Positions 44,652 to 48,820 of a stretch of 48,820 nucleotides of DNA are shown piece after piece (the stretch's first letter is position 1; each line of letters begins with the position of its first letter). A program made the translations under genes and the position numbers. The notes beneath the pieces were generated by a model. It was given only the letters and a program-made list of their open reading frames with translations, was not told where the DNA came from and searched no databases. Origin of the DNA: Minisyncoccota bacterium (GTDB lineage Bacteria; Patescibacteriota; Minisyncoccia; Minisyncoccales; GWA2-38-27); assembly GCA_028687715.1 (NCBI GenBank), contig JAQTZP010000003.1, forward strand, positions 73,521 through 122,340, read 5' to 3'.

Positions 44652-47600
44652 CTATCTCCCCCTCAACTCCTCTTGAAACATATCAATAAGCTGGGTTAAA
44701 AGCTCAGCAATCTGTCTTTGAATCTCAAGTATCTGAGTCTTAATCTGCTCTATTAATTGTAATCTTTGGGTATCTTGGGTTTGAATAGGGGTAAAATCAG
44801 TGTTTAAAGCTAATTCATTGAGCTTTTCCCTTGTTTTAGGCCCTACTATGCCGTATCCTGGTATTCCTGCTCCTACAATATTGTATTTATCCTGAAAACT
44901 CTTTACTGCATTAAGAGTATTATCCCCAAAGAAGCCTGATATGACAGAAGAGTATAGTCCTTCATTGGTTAACATTGTCTGAAGCTTTCTTACTTCTTCA
45001 TCTGTGGTTCCATAGGTAAGCTTCTTGGTAAATTCCAAGGTAATAGGGGTTGGAGTTGTACTTGGAGTTTGAGGAGAACCAGTTGCTGGCTGACTAGTTC
45101 CAGTTGTCGGGGTTGTATCTTGATTGGTTGTCCCTGATGGACTTGTTCCAGATGAAGTATCTTGATTGGTTGTTCCTGAACTTGTATCTTGGACTACTAT
45201 AGATGTCCTTGCTTCAGCCTGAAGTGTTCCTCTTTCTACAATAACCTTGGGAGTATAGGTTCCTAAAGAGGAATAGGTGCAGGTATAGGTTCTGGTGTTT
45301 GAAGAGATATTGTCGTATTTGCCGTTAATAGGAGCAGTGATAGTGGTTAATGAGTCATTTCTATTGCAGTAAAAGGTATAATTTATGTTTCCTTGAGCTG
45401 TTCCAGACACTTGGGCTGTAAGTGATACTGACAAGGCAGGCTGTCCTTGGGAGACACTGGGAGTTAAAGATACTGATAAGGTGGGAGTATCTGATGATTG
45501 AGTGGTTAGAGATATTACATTGGATAATAATGAGCTGTTGTTGTTTTCATCTTTAGTGATCATAGCAAAGTAATAGCTGGTATTGGGATTTAAGCCAGTT
45601 ACAAGATATGACTGATTAGTTCCAGCTGTTAAAGGAGTTGGCTCATTTAAGAGCTCTATAGCGCTATTGAAGTTAGATGATGTAATAGGTGAGCTGGAGT
45701 ATCTAATGTCATATATAGAGGCTGTGCCAGTGTTTCCATCATCTCCAGGAGCTGTCCAGGTTAAGGTTAATGAGTTCTGGGTGATGTTTGAATAAGATAG
45801 GTTGGTTATTTGAGAAGGAGGAGCAGTATCTGGGGAAGCTATTTGAAAGCTAATAACATAATCTGTGGTATTTACATTAGATGATGCATCTTGGCATCTT
45901 ACATAATAGACATAGCTTGTTCCGCTTAAAAGGCCTGTTAATGGCTTTGAATGGGAGGTTGAGCCAGTGGTGGTAAAGGCAGTATTCATTGAGCTGTATG
46001 GGGTATTAGGGATGGTTGAGTACTTGCAGGTGGCATTCTCATTGGTAGTCAATGATAGATTAGCAGTAATAGTAGATGAAGACAGGGTTCCTGTTGGAGA
46101 GCCTGATGATAATATGGGGGGAGTGGTGTCTGGTTGGGATAAAAGGCTGAAATTAGCAGTAATAGTCTTGTTAGAGTTCATTGTGATAGTAACTGGATTG
46201 GTTGTTCCAGTTAAGTCTCCAGACCAGTTATTAAAGGCATATCCTGTATTAGGGTTAGCTGTAAGGATTACAGATGTTTGTGATGGATATGATGATTGAT
46301 TGGGATTCTTTGTAACTGAACCATTGGTTGATAAGATATTCAGGGTGTAGGTTATTGGAGAGGAAGAAGAACTAAGATTTATTGTTAATTGAGAAGCTTG
46401 AGTTAGGTTTAAAGACTGGGTATATGGGGTATAGCCTGATAAAGAGATGCTTAATGTATGAGGATAGAGATTATCTGTACTAATAACACGATAATCTGTG
46501 CCTAACTGCTTGTATATAGTATTGATTACCTGGATATCTGATATATTACCGCTTGAGTTGGTTGTTCCAGAGAATACCTGGTTGTTATTCTTATCTTTGA
46601 TTATTACATTTGCCCCAGAAAGAGCTTTACCTGTATTGTCTTCTACTCTTAATCCTAAGATATGGCCAAAGGAGACTTCTTTGGTTCCTGAACCCTGCCA
46701 GGTGATGGTTTCAGTGGCGCCTCCAGAGTAGGTGGGGCTGAGGATGCGGACGCCGGAGATCTTTCCTGTCCAGTAGCCGAATTGGTAAGGCTTATACGTT
46801 CGTGACGCACCTTCTGAAGATTTTTTGATGGTATTTGACTCGAAGTAGCCCGAGTAGACTTGCGTGCCATCGGCACCGCCTAAAACCAATGAAATATCGT
46901 TACTTTCAAAAGTGTTGCCAATGAAGCGGAATAGATTTCCCTCCCACACATCTTCAATACTTGCGGCGCATGCCGAATAACTGCCATTACTCGTTCCCAC
47001 AATCGCCTTGAACAAGTTATCCTTAATAAGGACATTGTAATCTTCGGTCTGATTTACGGTCGCCGTAACCCGTATAGTATCGCAGCTGATCGTGTAACCT
47101 TCGCCGCTATAGGCCGTAAAGCTGTTATCATGGATGTTTATATTGCGGAATCCGCCGTCCACATAAGTCCGCATTCTCAAAGCGACTGCCTCCATCCCCG
47201 CGCCGTACTCGCGATTCGGCTGTTCTCGTACAGACACTGTATTCCCGTAAACCTCGCCATTCTGATTCGGATCCCCTTCGGTTCCGATTATAATGCCGCG
47301 GCCACTCTTGCCTTCTGCGACGGTAATCGTATTATTATAAACGGTGAATCCATTCACTCTCCCGCCGATGTTGATGCCGTAAGGGTTCGTACAGACCGCA
47401 TCGAGCGTAATATTATTCCCGGAGATTGTTACATTATTGCCGCTTGCTATGTAAATCCCGCCCTGCGGCGAGTCGATAATAGTATTGCCAGTGAACACAA
47501 ATGGTCCTGCTGTGTTGCCGTAGCTACCGCAATAGATTGTCGCTAACCATCCCATTCGCGCTGAAATATCATCTATATCGCTTTTTGCAGTACAATTAGT

Positions 47601-48569
47601 AACGCTAATATAGCTAGACCATTGGGCGAAAATTGTGTAGCTGTCCGGTCCTTTAGCAAATAATGTTACGCCATCTACTGTGATACCTGATTTCTGTCGG
47701 TCAGTTGAAGCGTAAACTACATCAGACGCAAAACCGCGCGCCTGGCCTTGAATGACAGAACCGCCACCCAGTAGTTTAAAATCCTTGCAGGGGGTAGTAT
47801 AGTAGCTGCTCAAATGGACAGGGAAGTAATAATTATCTGGAGAAGCGGCAACTCCGTAGTCACGCGAATGGAGCAGACGGGCATAATCAATATATGCTGT
47901 ATCTGTAATTCCTGATGCTGGAGTTAAAGTGATTTTAATATAGACATTATTAGTGGTGGCTGGAACAAACTTCGCCACTGTCGAAGGACCTCTGTCGCTT
48001 CGCGTCGTGGCAGTACCGAGCACTTCTTGAGTAACCGCATCAATAACTTCCAGCTTTAACTCTGTATCCCAGAGAGCCTTATGGGTAATAAGGGCTGCAT
48101 ATTCTCTATTTGCCTTAGGAATAGAGATAGGGTCAGATGTGATGGATTGAGCATTATTGAAGTTAGTGAACTTTAGCAGGTAATTGCCCCATAGATACTG
48201 GTTATTGGAAGCAACTGAAGCATTTGGAGCGTTTGATGTATCCCATCCTGTAGTGTTTCCTGTCTCAAAACCTCCGTTAGTAACAGTAATAGGTGAGGCA
48301 TTGCCATATATGATAGTATGGCCATTTAAGTTCAATGTTATATTCTTATTACCTATTATTATAGCTGTTTCATCTACTGTGATATCGGTATCTAAGGTAT
48401 ATGTGGTATCTGCCTGATTTAAAAAGTAAGGGGCGGGGCCATTGGCATTAAGCCACTGTTGGTTTATCCTTATTTCAGCTCCGTAAGAAGTATATGGGAA
48501 AAGTAGAAAGAGGGAAAGCATAAAGAATAGGGTGATATCTTCTTTGTTTTTAAATAGATATGTTTTCAT
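44652..48569 (-). CDS. giant secreted surface protein: right-handed beta-helix + CarboxypepD_reg-like + InlB B-repeat-like + FN3/PKD-like domains + Thr/Ser/Pro linker + PG_binding_1 + C-terminal coiled coil
   Basis: 1305 aa with a signal peptide (..PYTSYGAEI). Beta-helix turns include GNTIIDSPQGGIYIASGNNVTISGNNITL, VYNNTITV, NINIHDNSF and IGNTFESN. Further blocks are RVEDNTGKALSGANVIIKD..SGTTNSSGNI and YTLNILSTNGSVTKNP..ANPNTGYAFNNWSGDLTG..ITMNSNKTITANF. An FN3-like block reads APPSQITNLSYSNITQNSLTLTWTAPGDDG. The PG-binding block is LTYGTTDEEVRKLQTML..FGDNTLNAVKSFQDKY, followed by the heptad-like tail QRLQLIEQIKTQILEIQRQIAELLTQLI. Confidence 0.85.
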   Translation of the reverse strand: MKTYLFKNKEDITLFFMLSLFLLFPYTSYGAEIRINQQWLNANGPAPYFLNQADTTYTLDTDITVDETAIIIGNKNITLNLNGHTIIYGNASPITVTNGGFETGNTTGWDTSNAPNASVASNNQYLWGNYLLKFTNFNNAQSITSDPISIPKANREYAALITHKALWDTELKLEVIDAVTQEVLGTATTRSDRGPSTVAKFVPATTNNVYIKITLTPASGITDTAYIDYARLLHSRDYGVAASPDNYYFPVHLSSYYTTPCKDFKLLGGGSVIQGQARGFASDVVYASTDRQKSGITVDGVTLFAKGPDSYTIFAQWSSYISVTNCTAKSDIDDISARMGWLATIYCGSYGNTAGPFVFTGNTIIDSPQGGIYIASGNNVTISGNNITLDAVCTNPYGINIGGRVNGFTVYNNTITVAEGKSGRGIIIGTEGDPNQNGEVYGNTVSVREQPNREYGAGMEAVALRMRTYVDGGFRNINIHDNSFTAYSGEGYTISCDTIRVTATVNQTEDYNVLIKDNLFKAIVGTSNGSYSACAASIEDVWEGNLFRFIGNTFESNDISLVLGGADGTQVYSGYFESNTIKKSSEGASRTYKPYQFGYWTGKISGVRILSPTYSGGATETITWQGSGTKEVSFGHILGLRVEDNTGKALSGANVIIKDKNNNQVFSGTTNSSGNISDIQVINTIYKQLGTDYRVISTDNLYPHTLSISLSGYTPYTQSLNLTQASQLTINLSSSSSPITYTLNILSTNGSVTKNPNQSSYPSQTSVILTANPNTGYAFNNWSGDLTGTTNPVTITMNSNKTITANFSLLSQPDTTPPILSSGSPTGTLSSSTITANLSLTTNENATCKYSTIPNTPYSSMNTAFTTTGSTSHSKPLTGLLSGTSYVYYVRCQDASSNVNTTDYVISFQIASPDTAPPSQITNLSYSNITQNSLTLTWTAPGDDGNTGTASIYDIRYSSSPITSSNFNSAIELLNEPTPLTAGTNQSYLVTGLNPNTSYYFAMITKDENNNSSLLSNVISLTTQSSDTPTLSVSLTPSVSQGQPALSVSLTAQVSGTAQGNINYTFYCNRNDSLTTITAPINGKYDNISSNTRTYTCTYSSLGTYTPKVIVERGTLQAEARTSIVVQDTSSGTTNQDTSSGTSPSGTTNQDTTPTTGTSQPATGSPQTPSTTPTPITLEFTKKLTYGTTDEEVRKLQTMLTNEGLYSSVISGFFGDNTLNAVKSFQDKYNIVGAGIPGYGIVGPKTREKLNELALNTDFTPIQTQDTQRLQLIEQIKTQILEIQRQIAELLTQLIDMFQEELRGR
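44684..44865 (-). repeat. shared 3' coding tail, copy 1
   Basis: 182 nt with 4 mismatches to 48639-48820 (offset 3955). The similarity runs to the window edge, so the true extent is unknown. Confidence 0.9.
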
Positions 48570-48600
48570 AATATTTATTATTTTATTGAATTAGAATCCA

Positions 48601-48820
48601 TTATAACCCTCTTGTTCTTAACTCCCCCTCTAATATACCAATAAGCTGTGTTAAAAGCTCAGCAATCTGCCTTTGAATCTCAAGTATCTGAGTCTTAATC
48701 TGCTCTATTAATTGCAATCTTTGGGTATCTTGGGTTTGAATAGGGGTAAAATCAGTGTTTAAAGCTAATTCATTGAGCTTTTCTCTTGTTTTAGGCCCTA
48801 CTATGCCGTATCCTGGTATT
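48601..48820 (-). CDS. C-terminal end of another surface protein with the same PG-binding/coiled-coil tail (gene runs off the right edge)
   Basis: Own translation of the minus strand gives ..IPGYGIVGPKTREKLNELALNTDFTPIQTQDTQRLQLIEQIKTQILEIQRQIAELLTQLIGILEGELRTRGL*, with stop TAA at 48603-48601. Confidence 0.75.
   Translation of the reverse strand, partial: IPGYGIVGPKTREKLNELALNTDFTPIQTQDTQRLQLIEQIKTQILEIQRQIAELLTQLIGILEGELRTRGL
48639..48820 (-). repeat. shared 3' coding tail, copy 2
   Basis: Partner of 44684-44865. Confidence 0.9.

Overview
This is an AT-rich bacterial window, roughly one third GC by eye, and very densely coded. Bacterial identity rests on smpB plus tmRNA, infC-rpmI-rplT, rpsF-ssb-rpsR, groES-groEL, greA, recO, secG and rnj. 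The housekeeping set also includes tgt (partial), ileS, argS, trpS, cdd, a PolX/PHP polymerase, a cupin-type glucose-6-phosphate isomerase, a phosphoglucomutase/phosphomannomutase and one tRNA-Leu(CAG). Small genes, many short overlaps, few clear Shine-Dalgarno sites, huge secreted proteins and archaeal-type enzymes suggest a Candidate Phyla Radiation (Patescibacteria/Parcubacteria-like) genome; this lineage call is inference, not proof. I saw no transposase, integrase, CRISPR array, rRNA or prophage. The accessory content looks novel and falls into six items. (1) Four tandem paralogous genes (1646-7868) encode surface proteins built from a ~75-aa module with about 12 Cys that I cannot assign to a named family. 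Two of them share a 596-bp near-identical 3' block, and the array is tightly coupled to a CDP-alcohol phosphatidyltransferase and an SdpI-like membrane protein. (2) A minimal RiPP-like locus holds an unlisted 50-aa ORF ending in GCDAFGCAC (14221-14373), directly upstream of a radical SAM/SPASM enzyme with an RRE-like N-terminus; that enzyme is split by a 1-nt frameshift in a homopolymer. (3) Three genes share a nearly nucleotide-identical 103-nt 5' cassette encoding MKSYLNKG/ISTPLAIGIILVLAVIVAGITLAYQY, which resembles a class III (type IV pilin-like) signal. One of them is separated by a single in-frame TAA from a start-less DUF1554-like domain ORF. (4) A 2228-aa protein combines a subtilase, FG-GAP repeats, LamG, IPT and discoidin domains, with a ~98 percent identical internal LamG duplication. 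(5) A 1305-aa beta-helix surface protein contains a ~1.4-kb GC3-rich island. (6) That protein's peptidoglycan-binding plus coiled-coil tail recurs at ~98 percent nucleotide identity in the next gene at the right edge.
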